In this document: positions 26,572 to 39,411 of the stretch, piece after piece | Layout of the letters: the number at the start of each line of letters is the position of its first letter | How positions within the stretch are numbered: the first letter of the stretch is position 1 | NCBI RefSeq assembly: GCF_033153115.1 | Contig: NW_026889795.1 | Coordinates: 12,338,001-12,402,000, forward strand | DNA length: 64,000 nucleotides | Direction of reading: 5' to 3' | Source of the DNA: Saccostrea echinata | Taxonomy: Eukaryota | Program-made: the position numbers and the translations under genes | The notes under the pieces: model-generated | What the model saw: the letters and a program-made list of their open reading frames with translations, nothing else | The model's database searches: none | What the model was told of the DNA's origin: nothing

Positions 26572-27217
26572 TATCATAGATTGAGAATTTTTTTTTTTTT
26601 GGAAAATATTGTATAAATATATCGCAATTTCTGAAAAAAAATATTTCAAGAAATAATATCAGTTTTAGAGATTCACTGGGATATGAAATAAAGCAGATCA
26701 CATGATAAAATCCTATAACGCCCTTCTGATCCCGTACCAACATCATACAATATACAATTGAAACTCTAAAACAAAGTATGTTTTTTTTCTTATTTTTAAT
26801 TTTTATTTGTCTTATAATGAAAAATTGGCATCTTATATCTTAATGAATATTTTCAAGGGATAACCAACCAATCACAACAGTGAACACACTCTTTTCACAC
26901 ACATACTTTACTCAGACACATCAACAAAACAACCAATACTTTCTCTAATCACAGAAGAGTTCTACACTCAGAGTTATCTCTCTTGATGTATGTTCTAGAA
27001 CATATTAACATTTACTATAAATTCCTTTTTCGAGGATATTTGATGGAGTTGTTAATAAAGAGATTTAACATATCAACATGGTCAATGAAAATCATTATAC
27101 TTAATATTTACATGTATTTATATTGACAATAATGATTCTCATTGGGTTAGACTATGCTCTGTTCACCAGGGAATTATTCTGCCCCTCTAGCATAGAGATG
27201 TATTTGAGAATTGTTAG

Positions 27218-27425
27218 ACCATTATTTACACACTGAATTGTCGACGGATTTTTTCGTTATTTCCCGATCATGACAAGGAGCACACGGCGGGTGTGACCGG
27301 TCGGCAGGGGATGCTCACTCCCCCATGGCACCTGATCCCACCTCTGGTGTTTGCTCTGCTCCTATTTTGTATTGTTTGGTGGACTTTTGAGCCTGAATAC
27401 TGTTCGTTATCTTCATATATTTCAT
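27218..27425 (+). mobile_element. 3' terminal fragment of a Penelope-like element
   Basis: Collinear with the 15050-15480 region once the Harbinger MITE is removed. Confidence 0.7.
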
Positions 27426-27444
27426 GCAATGTCTATCAAAAAAG

Positions 27445-27785
27445 TTCACACAAATTCTTCTGGCATCTTCCCTGTCTGGAGAATTTTAAGCTCCATACCA
27501 TTTGCTCCACGCTTGGTCATACAATTGGCTAGCTGCACTTTTCCTGGACACCATTTCACCTGTACATTATTGTTATTCTTAATTCACTTATTACATCTAT
27601 GTCAATTCTAAGGTGTTTGTCATCCACCATTTTTGTAGAAAGTGATGCCTCACAAACACTCTTGTTGTCAATAAATGCAGTGATTGGTATTATATCTACT
27701 TCCAATTTATACATATCCTCTTAGACTAGTAGTTTCCTGTAGTACAATGCATACTCTAGGCCCTCCTGCGAACTTTAGGCTTCTG
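27445..27785 (-). mobile_element. Ty1/Copia pol relic (RNase H C-terminus)
   Basis: Minus-strand peptides AFIDNKSVCEASLSTKMVDDKHLRIDID and VKWCPGKVQLANCMTKRGA (Copia DNxS, KHIDI and QLADxxTK motifs); frameshifted. Confidence 0.8.
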
Positions 27786-28115
27786 AAACAAACTAAACAT
27801 AGATTGAGAGAAAATAAGAAAAAACAAATTATTTTCACCTAATCAATAACAAATTTAAATATTATATACACATTCATTAAGATTTGAAACAAAAGAAGAT
27901 ATATATCAGACAAGATACAAAGTAATGCAATTTCTCATTAACGTGTAGGTTTATTTGCTTAAATTATTTCTTCTATAAAGAGAATAGTTAAAGACATATT
28001 TTCCTAGCGTATTACATTGTTTACAACTATAGTATGAAAAGAGGAATGTCATGCATGAAAGTAATAACATTTTCAAAATATCTTTTGATTATACTTTTTT
28101 TTTCAATATTTGTAG

Positions 28116-31100
28116 GTACAACCCTAATTGAAGATATCTTGAAAAGTTGGCGAGAAGATAACTCACAGTTTGTCCCAACAACCGCATGTAATTTTGTAGA
28201 AGAAAAAATTAAAAGTCAAAACCTGGTAACGGTTGTCGGAAATTCTGGATGCGGAAAAACTGCAACTATTCAACACATCGCACTGAAGTTTGAAGAAAAT
28301 GGATGGAATATCAAACCTGTCGATGAGGTAAAAGAAATAAAAGAAATATGTTCTCTTGAAATATCGCAAAATAATCGAATATTGTTTGTTCTAAATGATC
28401 CTATTGGTAAGGAGTCATTAGATGACGTTTCATATAATTCATGGAAAACGTATGAGAACACGCTAGCGACTTGCTTAAAGAAGGTAAAATTATTAGTGTC
28501 ATGTAGGAGATGTGTCATTTATGACAAAAGATTAGAAGGAATTCTCAAAAAGGACTCAAACATAGTAGAAATTGACAGCGAGAAATGGAAACTGTCAGCG
28601 GAAGAGAAAAGAAAGATCCTAAATAAATACTGTCAACATATGCATTTGTCTGAGGAAAATATCAAAGAAATTATTAGATCAGAAGCTTATTTTCCCTTGC
28701 TTTGTAAATTGTTTTCAAATGAATCAACTTACAAAAAGAAAGGAATATGTTTATTTAAACACCCCTTTGAAATCATGAAAAAGGACATCGTACGTTTGAA
28801 AGAATTAGATAAAAAGAAATATTGCGGCTTAATTTTGATTGTGGTTTTTAACAATAACTTGAATGTTGAAACCATCAGAGGCAAGGACAATTCTTTCCAG
28901 AAATACAGAGACATTTTAAGAATATGTGAACTATCAGAAAATACAAATATAGCAGTCATTCGCAGTACCCTCCATCAACTTAAAGGGTCACTGGTCAAAT
29001 GTGTCGGACATACTTTCCAATTCCTTCACGATTTCATCATGGAAATATCGACATTGGTACTTGGTGTCGATTGCCCAAAAGAGACAATACAGTACGCAGA
29101 CAGTAGTTTTCTGCGACGTCGGATGAGAATAGACGACGATACAGAAGAGAAAGATCGAGATCCCTTCACTGTTTACCTGCCTGAAGAATACATTGGAGAT
29201 CTTGTGGACAGGTTTATTATTGACATGCAAACACAACACCTTGTAGATGTTCTGCTCAATCCATGTTTAAGGAAAAAGAATGTGATCAAATCTTTTAAGG
29301 AAAAAGTTGATTCACCCGGAAAGCTTCTTGTCAGAATTAAATGTGAAATAGACAGATCGGAATTTTCAAAATCATTTGAAGGCACTGGATTGTCAAGGCT
29401 TGGTTTCCTTGATTTGTACTGTGAAATATGTCCTTTGGTCGGACTTATCGTATTTTGTCATAATGATATTTCTTCTTTTTTCTTAAACACAATCCCTGAA
29501 ACTAAGTTGAAAGAATATCCAATATTCTCTGCTATATGTGCGAATGGCGATTTAAACCTATTAAATTTTCTCAGTGAGGAATATAAAAAATCAGCAATGA
29601 TCGAAACATGGAATTCATTTTTACCAATTCACATTGCTTCTGTATTTTATAATTTTTCAATAATTGGGGAATTGGTAAGATTCGGTGCTGACGTAAACAA
29701 GCTAACAACTGATGACAGGTGGTCTCCATTATCATTAACTGCTGCAAATGACGACGAACATATGAAAGAAGCCGGAATAGATACAGATAAGGGAGAAAGA
29801 CGTAATGCAACCATTATTTGCTTATTAAACAATGGCTCTGACATCAATTTATGTACCAACGATAGCGTCAGTCCTCTTAATATGGCTTGTCAAAATGGAC
29901 ATGATATTACGGTACAACTGTTACTAAACAACGGTGCTGACATTAACTTATGTAACAAGAATGGAGTCAGTCCTCTTTATTTAGCTTGTGAAAATGGACA
30001 TGATAGCACGGTACAACTGTTACTGAACAACGGTGCTGATATCAATTTATGTGAAAATGATGGAGTCAGTCCTCTTTATATAGCTTGTTATAATGGACAT
30101 GATAGCTCGGTACAACTGTTACTGAACAACGGTGCCGACATCAATTTATGTGAAAATGATGGAGTCAGTCCTCTTTATATAGCTTGTCAAAATGGACATG
30201 ATAAAACTGTTCAACTGTTACTGACCAACGGTGCCGACATCAATTTATGTGAAACTGATGGAGTCAATCCTCTTCATATAGCTTGTCAAAATGGACATGA
30301 TAAAACTGTACAACTGTTACTGAACAACGGTGCCGACATCAATTTATGTGAAAATGATGGAGTCAGTCGTCTTTATATAGCCTGTGAAAATGGACATGAT
30401 AGCACGGTGCAACTGTTACTGAACAACGGTGCCGATATCAATTTATGTAGTAATAATGGAGTCAGTCCTCTTTATATAGCTTGTCAAAATGGACATAATA
30501 GTACGGTACAACTATTACTGAACAACGGTGCCGACATCAATTCGTGTGATAATGATGGAGACAGTTCTCTTTATATAGCTTGTGAAAATGGATATGATAG
30601 CACGATACAATTGTTACTGAACAACGGTGCTGACATTAATTTACGTAACAAGAATGGAGTCAGTCCTCTTCATATAGCTTGTCAAAATGGACATGATAAA
30701 ACTGTACAACTGTTACTGAACAACGGTGCCGACATCAATTTATGTGAAAATGATGGAGTCAGTCCTCTTTATATAGCCTGTAAAAATGGACATGATAGCA
30801 CGGTACAACTGTTACTGAACAACGGTGCCGATATCAATTTATGTGAAAATGATGGAGTCAGTCCTCTTTATATAGCTTGTTATAATGGACATGATAGCAC
30901 GGTACAACTGTTACTGAACAACGGTGCCGATATCAATTTATGTGAAAATGATAGATTTAGTCCTCTTTATATAGCCTGTGAAAATGGACATGATAGCACG
31001 GTACAACTGTTACTGAACAACGGTGCCAACATCAATTTATGTAGTAATGATGGAGTCAGTCCTCTTTGTATAGCTTGTCAAAATGGAAATGACAGAACCG

Positions 31101-34100
31101 TACAACTGTTACTGAACAACGGTGCCGACATCAATTTATGTAATAATGATGGATTCAGTCCTCTAAGTATAGCCTGCCAAGTTGGACACGATAGCAATGT
31201 TCAGCTATTACTGAACAACGGTGCCGACATTAATTTATATAGTAATGATGGAGTCAGTCCTCTTAATATAGCTTGTCAAAATGGACATGATCAAACGGTA
31301 CAACTGTTACTGAACAACGGTGCCGACATCAATTTATGTGAAAATGATGGAGTCAGTCCTCTTTATATAGCCTGTGAAAATGGACATGATAGCACGGTAC
31401 AACTGTTACTGAACAACGGTGCCGATATCAATTTACGTGAAAATGATGGAGTCAGTCCTCTTTATATAGCTTGTTATAATGGACATGATAGCACGGCACA
31501 ACTGTTACTGAACAACGGTGCCGATATCAATTTATGTGAAAATGATAGATTCAGTCCTCTTTATATAGCCTGTGAAAATGGACATGATAGCACGGTACAA
31601 CTGTTACTGAACAACGGTGCCAACATCAATTTATGTAGTAATGATGGAGTCAGTCCTCTTTGTATAGCTTGTCAAAATGGAAATGACAGAACCGTACAAC
31701 TGTTACTGAACAACGGTGTCGACATCAATTTATGTAATAATGATGGATTCAGCCCTCTAAGTATAGCCTGCCAAGTCGGACACGATAGCAATGTTCAGCT
31801 ATTACTGAACAACGGTGCCGACATTAATTTATATAGTAATGATGGAGTCAGTCCTTTTAATATAGCCTGCCAATTTGGACATGATCAAACGGTACAACTG
31901 TTACTGAACAACGGTGCCGACATCAATTCATGTGATAATGATGGAGACAGTCCTCTTTATATAGCTTGTCAAAATGGACATGATAGCTCGGTACAACTGT
32001 TACTGAACAACGGTGCCGACATCAATTTATGTGAAAATGATGGAGTCAGTCCTCTTTATATAGCTTGTCAAGTTGGACATGATAAAACTGTTCAACTGTT
32101 ACTGACCAACGGTGCCGACATCAATTTATGTGAAACTGATGGAGTCAATCCTCTTCATATAGCTTGTCAAAATGGACATGATAAAACTGTACAACTGTTA
32201 CTGAACAACGGTGCCGACATCAATTTATGTGAAAATGATGGAGTCAGTCGTCTTTATATAGCCTGTGAAAATGGACATGATAGCACGGTGCAACTGTTAC
32301 TGAACAACGGTGCCGATATCAATTTATGTAGTAATAATGGAGTCAGTCCTCTTTATATAGCTTGTCAAAATGGACATAATAGTACGGTACAACTATTACT
32401 GAACAACGGTGCCGACATCAATTCGTGTGATAATGATGGAGACAGTTCTCTTTATATAGCTTGTGAAAATGGATATGATAGCACGATACAATTGTTACTG
32501 AACAACGGTGCTGACATTAATTTACGTAACAAGAATGGAGTCAGTCCTCTTCATATAGCTTGTCAAAATGGACATGATAAAACTGTACAACTGTTACTGA
32601 ACAACGGTGCCGACATCAATTTATGTGAAAATGATGGAGTCAGTCCTCTTTATATAGCCTGTGAAAATGGACATGATAGCACGGTACAACTGTTACTGAA
32701 CAACGGTGCCGATATCAATTTATGTGAAAATGATGGAGTCAGTCCTCTTTATATAGCTTGTTATAATGGACATGATAGCACGGTACAACTGTTACTGAAC
32801 AACGGTGCCGATATCAATTTATGTGAAAATGATAGATTCAGTCCTCTTTTTATAGCCTGTGAAAATGGACATGATAGCACGGTGCAACTGTTACTGAACA
32901 ACGGTGCCGATATCAATTTATGTAGTAATAATGGAGTCAGTCCTCTTTATATAGCTTGTCAAAATGGACATAATAGTACGGTACAACTATTACTGAACAA
33001 CGGTGCCGACATCAATTCGTGTGATAATGATGGAGACAGTTCTCTTTATATAGCTTGTGAAAATGGATATGATAGCACGATACAATTGTTACTGAACAAC
33101 GGTGCTGACATTAATTTACGTAACAAGAATGGAGTCAGTCCTCTTCATATAGCTTGTCAAAATGGACATGATAAAACTGTACAACTGTTACTGAACAACG
33201 GTGCCGACATCAATTTATGTGAAAATGATGGAGTCAGTCCTCTTTATATAGCCTGTGAAAATGGACATGATAGCACGGTACAACTGTTACTGAACAACGG
33301 TGCCGATATCAATTTATGTGAAAATGATGGAGTCAGTCCTCTTTATATAGCTTGTTATAATGGACATGATAGCACGGTACAACTGTTACTGAACAACGGT
33401 GCCGATATCAATTTATGTGAAAATGATAGATTCAGTCCTCTTTTTATAGCCTGTGAAAATGGACATGATAGCACGGTACAACTGTTACTGAACAACGGTG
33501 CCAACATCAATTTATGTAGTAATGATGGAGTCAGTCCTCTTTGTATAGCTTGTCAAAATGGAAATGACAGAACCGTACAACTGTTACTGAACAACGGTGC
33601 CGACATCAATTTATGTAATAATGATGGATTCAGTCCTCTAAGTATAGCCTGCCAAGTTGGACACGATAGCAATGTTCAGCTATTACTGAACAACGGTGCC
33701 GACATTAATTTATATAGTAATGATGGAGTCAGTCCTCTTAATATAGCTTGTCAAAATGGACATGATCAAACGGTACAACTGTTACTGAACAACGGTGCCG
33801 ACATCAATTTATGTGAAAATGATGGAGTCAGTCCTCTTTATATAGCCTGTGAAAATGGACATGATAGCACGGTACAACTGTTACTGAACAACGGTGCCGA
33901 TATCAATTTACGTGAAAATGATGGAGTCAGTCCTCTTTATATAGCTTGTTATAATGGACATGATAGCACGGCACAACTGTTACTGAACAACGGTGCCGAT
34001 ATCAATTTATGTGAAAATGATAGATTCAGTCCTCTTTATATAGCCTGTGAAAATGGACATGATAGCACGGTACAATTGTTACTGAACAACGGTGCCAACA

Positions 34101-34606
34101 TCAATTTATGTAGTAATGATGGAGTCAGTCCTCTTTGTATAGCTTGTCAAAATGGAAATGACAGAACCGTACAACTGTTACTGAACAACGGTGCCGACAT
34201 CAATTTATGTAATAATGATGGATTCAGTCCTCTAAGTATAGCCTGCCAAGTTGGACACGATAGCAATGTTCAGCTATTACTGAACAACGGTGCCGACATT
34301 AATTTATATAGTAATGATGGAGTCAGTCCTCTTAATATAGCCTGCCAATTTGGACATGATCAAACGGTACAACTGTTACTGAACAACGGTGCCGACATCA
34401 ATTCATGTGATAATGATGGAGACAGTCCTCTTTATATAGCTTGTCAAAATGGACATGATAGCTCGGTACAACTGTTACTGAACAACGGTGCCGACATCAA
34501 TTTATGTAACAAGGATGATGTAAGTCCCCTGTCGATAGCTAAAAAAAATGGACATGACAGTACAGTCAAACTATTAGTTAACAATGTCGCCTTATCAATC
34601 TCATGA
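28116..34606 (+). CDS. Receptor last exon: STAND-type (nSTAND3-like) P-loop NTPase, helical region and ~50 ankyrin repeats
   Basis: 6.5-kb open frame; T-rich tract plus tgtag acceptor at 28111-28115 in phase 1; Walker A GNSGCGKT (28238-28261); Walker B-like ILFVLND; KLLVSCR sensor-like strand; FPLLC (GxP-like position); FQFLHDFI (MHD-like); ankyrin consensus SPLxIACxxGH..VQLLLNNGADIN. Confidence 0.93.
29861..34603 (+). repeat. Coding tandem array: 47 full 99-bp ankyrin units plus a divergent terminal capping unit
   Basis: Exact 33-aa period with no indels; units counted from the translation. Confidence 0.96.
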
Positions 34607-35629
34607 AATTCTTATCCCAAAATTCCTCAAAAACTAAAGGATTTTTCTGATACAAATATTTTGCGCTTAATATTGTATCAGATTTTTTTGCTGGTGAATA
34701 GTAGAACACACACACACCCTCACACACACACACACACACACCCTTGTTTGTAAATCCAGCCAACTGACTACATTTGAAATTTTACCTTCATCTCGCTTTA
34801 CCGATTTAGAGGCTTGAAAAAGAGAAAGTAAGACCAGAATATACCGAGGTTAACCTTAGGATTTCTCTGTATCCATAGGAATTTTTGATATCTTTTACTT
34901 TAAGTATATTGAAATTCGACATGAATCTCACTACATTTTTACACTTATTGAACACACACGTGCAAATCAGTACAGCTAATTCAACCGTCAATTCACTACA
35001 AGGTTATAAACACACAGGAAAATCGCTACAGCTAGTGATCATGTTTAATTTTTTAATTGCACCGTTTATTTTATTTTAATTACTGATATAAATGGTGTAT
35101 GTATGTACAAGACAGTACACAAGATCAAAGGAAAAGATTGGATATACGGCAAAAATGTATGTTATCAGAGCTGTTCCCATGTTGACATATACATGTATAC
35201 AGCATGTACAGCGCCGGTCTAACATAAACTCTAATTAACATTAATCTCAGAGTCGATAATTGAAGATATCTTTTAATAATCAAGGACATCATCAATTCAT
35301 TTTTTATTATTAATAATGGAATGAACGATACTTTCTTTTAATGAAAGAACGGAAAAAATCTTTTTTAAGACAATCTCTAAATTGATTCTTTGCGAGTAAA
35401 TTTTCCGCCACTGTATTGATAGGCCTATCTTCGATTCAATTGATAAGCGCATCAAATCAATTATTGCTCTCCTTTATTGAATAGTTGCGCGTATAAATCC
35501 AGCTGATGAGAGGAATAACTGATCTGATGCTCTCACTCATTCAGAAAATGTATTTCAAGCAGTATCCTAAGCATGTCTTGTATCTTTTCTTTCCATGTAA
35601 CATCTGTGCAAGATTCGTTAAGCTAAAAA

Positions 35630-35910
35630 CTAGTCCCCTACTGGTAAAAACGGTTCTTTCCTCAACTGTCTGCCTGTCTGTCCCTCTGTAAGTCCTTCCC
35701 ATGGCACTTGAATTTTCCGCCCTTTTTCTACAGCTTGCAAATATTGAAGTGATGTTTGGTATGTGAGTCTACCTTTACTAAGTTACAGATCAAGTTTCCG
35801 CTTTCAAGAGTTTTGACGGAATTACGGGCATTTCAATTTTTTAGGAGAACCAGATAACATTTGCCGGTAGGGTGCTAGCATTGCATATGCAATACTCTCA
35901 AAATGCTTGT
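35630..35910. mobile_element. Degenerate Helitron-type non-autonomous element
   Basis: gtct-type microsatellite near one end; small hairpin gcattgc..gcaat and cttgtt terminus at the other. Confidence 0.4.
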
Positions 35911-37819
35911 TAAAGTTACGAAAAAAGCTACTCCCTAAGCACCTAAATGGTCACTTTTGCTGATAATGAAGGAAAAAGCAGCATCCGAAGCAATACTGCT
36001 ATTATCAGCAGTCAATATTAGCTGCTCGGCATTAAGCTAGATAACTTGCGATTTATAAGTTCTTTCAAAATTTAGAGTAGTGGCATGTTTGAAATATATA
36101 TTCTTTCAGCATCGAATTTTCTTTAAATTTTTCCCAAAAAATCCCTGTGTGAAGAATCGTGTGGTCAGTTAGTAAAAAAACAAAGTCGAACGTCAATTCA
36201 TCATAGTTTCAAAACAGTAAATATTCCGTGATCTGGGTAACCAAAAAGTTAGTGGAATTAATTGTATTAATGATAATTCATTCTCATTAATACCCAATGA
36301 TAATCGCCCAAGTTCAAGTGCAAGTTCAGTTTATTCACCCAACCCAAAATAATAGNNNNNNNNNNNNNNNNNNNNNNNNNNNNNNNNNNNNNNNNNNNNN
36401 NNNNNNNNNNNNNNNNNNNNNNNNNNNNNNNNNNNNNNNNNNNNNNNNNNNNNNNNNNNNNNNNNNNNNNNNNNNNNNNNNNNNNNNNNNACAATATCTA
36501 TATATACAATGCAAAAACATGATAAAAAATGAATAATGATAATGATAAAAATACTTCGCCGTTCCATTTTTAACCATTTTCAAGAGAAAATTCTTAAAGA
36601 TTACATATAGTCATATACCCTAATGTATAGTTAAGAAGATGCGAAGACTCCCTGACCGCTTGGGAAAGTGTGTTTTAACACCCTACTGCTCAGATTGACC
36701 GGTGGGGAGACTTTCAATGATTTGAAAATACGCTATCTAACAAAAAACATGTGGTTTAGCTAGAAAATGCTAAAATGCATTCTCTAAACGGACAGGGTGT
36801 CTCAAGTCGCCTCAATACCCTTGATAGATTCAGGGCAAAGCCCAGATGATGGCGCAGAGGACTAAAGTCCCTGAAAGCTCCGGAATTTTGACGATGCAAA
36901 GCCATTTTATTCACAGAAGAAGTTGGAGAATAGATATATTTTTGTTCTTATTCTAGTATAGGCATAGTAGGCATACTGTAGTACAATAGTAGGCAGGTAG
37001 TATTCTAGTAGGCATACTGGGCGACTGAAATTTCTCGGTACTACATTAATAGAGTATTTGAAAAATTTTTAAAGAAGATAAATCAATCATAAGTTAATGA
37101 AATACATTATAACGTGTACATAAACAGAAAATTTAAAAGGGTGTTTTAGTGATAACATTTTTGTATCGTGTTCCTACAATGAATTTCAGTATAAATATGA
37201 AAGTAAAAATTAAGAGAAAATTCATATACGAAGATGGCTTTCTATGCAAACTTCGTGATAATTATGGTTTTGTCAATGATAAAATATGTACAACCTTTGA
37301 TTTTGAGTATCCTATGCCCTGAAGGAGTATTAATTTTTTTTAATCAATTTACTTTGGGGGAGACTAAACGATGTGCATGCTTGAGCATATAAGGAAATAT
37401 GGAAGCTCTGCCATACCAGCCAAATTAACATACTTTTTATGTTACTTGTGTTAAAGATATATTCAAATAAAGCATGTAAATTGAAATGATATAAAAAAAA
37501 CATGTGATAATTGGTTAGAAATTTTAAATATTTCAGCAATATTAATAATGCCATCACATTGTTGGAGCTCGAGTTAAATTCCACTGATGAGAAGAATGAC
37601 TGAATTTAATTGCTGCTAGCATCAAATCAATTACTGATCTCATCAATTCAAATGATGCGCGCCTTAATTTTTCTAATGTTTGCCAGCATCAATAATTCGC
37701 ATTAATTCAATTGATGAGAGCAATAATTGATTGGCACTTCAGTTCTTTTGAGAGCAATGATTGATTTAATGATATATTTCAAGTAATTTAAGATGACTTC
37801 ACTATTTCGTGTTTAAGAA

Positions 37820-39410
37820 ATACAAGAATACATGAAAACAATGGATAAATGTATTAAAGAATATTCTTTATCTATAACGTCAAAATTAGAAAATTTACAG
37901 AAAAGTGATATTAAGGAATATTGGAGAATTTTAAATAGTTCGAAGGCTAGATGTAAAACTGAAGTTGATATCAAAGCAATGTACGATTTTTTGAAGAAAA
38001 AAAAATAATGAATCTAAAGATGATGAAGGTGATGTAGATGATAATGATGTCAATTTCGATAATAACTCCCCTTTAAATTGTCAAATCTCTGCAGAAGAAA
38101 TCTTGCAAGCAGTTAACAAACTGAAAAATAATAAAGCTCCAGGGTATGATCAATTCTGTAACGAATATATTAGTACAACAATATCATGTTTTTTGCCACT
38201 ATATATTGACCTTTTCAATTTGATTTTTGATACTGGTTTTGTACCTGAGGAATGGCTTATTGGTATCGTTAAGCCAATTTATAAAAACAAGGAAGACCCA
38301 CCTCTTCCTGAAAACTATAGACCAATAACACTATTAAGCTGTTTAGGAAAAGTATTTACCAGTATTTTATGTGAGCGTTTGGATACTTTTTCTGATGAAT
38401 TATAATTGATTACTGAAGCCCAAGCTGGCTTTAGAAAAGGATATGGTACAAAAGATAACATATTGATATTAGATTTTTTGTGTAAATTTGTTTCTTTTAG
38501 TAAGAAAAAAACTTTATTGTGCATTTATTGACTTTAAACAAGCCTTTGATGCTGCTTGGCGATCGATCTGGTTTGTGGTCCAAAGTGTTTAAAAGTGGTA
38601 TAGATGGTAAATGTCTAAGATTTATCAAATATATGTACAGTGGTATTAAATCGAAGATATATATTGATCAAAATATCTCTGAATTTTTCATGTGTAACCT
38701 TGGGGTAAGACAAGGGGAAAATTTATCCCAATTTCTTTTTACTTTATATATTAACAATTTAGAAAACTATTTATTGCAGAATAATATTGAAGGGGTTACG
38801 AGATTTGATGAAAAATTAGAAATTGAAATGCAGATAATATTTAACTTTTTTAGACTTTTTTATGCTGATGACACAGTTTTATTATCTGATAATCCAGAGG
38901 ATTTACAAAGATCTTTGAATATTTTCTCTGATTATTGTGACCATTGTAAGCTTCAAGTAAATACAGACAAGAATAAAATAGTAATTTTTTCTAGAGGAAG
39001 AATACCAAAGAAAATATTTTTGTATAGAGGTGCACCAATTGAAATTGTGAACGAATTTAAATATTTACAATGTAGGTGTTATCATGTCTCGTAGTGGTTT
39101 CTTCAGAAGTGCCAAAACACATTTAACTAAACAAGCATCAAAAGCCATGTATGGAGTACTTAGAAAAATAAGGTATTTTAATTTACGGTATACACTTAAA
39201 ATTTCTGAAATTTGTTTTACATGTTGAATCCAGCACTCCAAATTGTATGGTATATATATGGGGAAACTGGGCGATACCCTTTAATAATACGTATAAAGGC
39301 ACGAATGATTACTTATTGGGTTAAACTTTTGATGTCACATGAACGTAAGTTTACATATATAATGTATTGCTTTCTCCATAAATGCTTTTCTGAAGGTTTA
39401 TTTATGCATC
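37820..39410 (+). mobile_element. Degenerate non-LTR retrotransposon (LINE) reverse transcriptase; clade not assigned
   Basis: KAPGYD, NYRPITLLSCLGK, QAGFRKG, FIDFKQAFD, GVRQGENLS and FYADD motifs; interrupted by stops and frameshifts. Confidence 0.9.
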
Positions 39411-39411
39411 A

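Noticed and set aside
28034-28115. ORF-track start MKRGMSCMKVITFSKYLLIILFFSIFV read as a signal peptide or TM anchor
   Set aside because: The hydrophobic residues come from translating the T-rich polypyrimidine tract before the tgtag acceptor; the phase matches splicing from the upstream exons
29861-34603. Regular repeat array as a CRISPR-like or non-coding array
   Set aside because: Contiguous 99-bp in-frame coding units with no unique spacers; eukaryotic context
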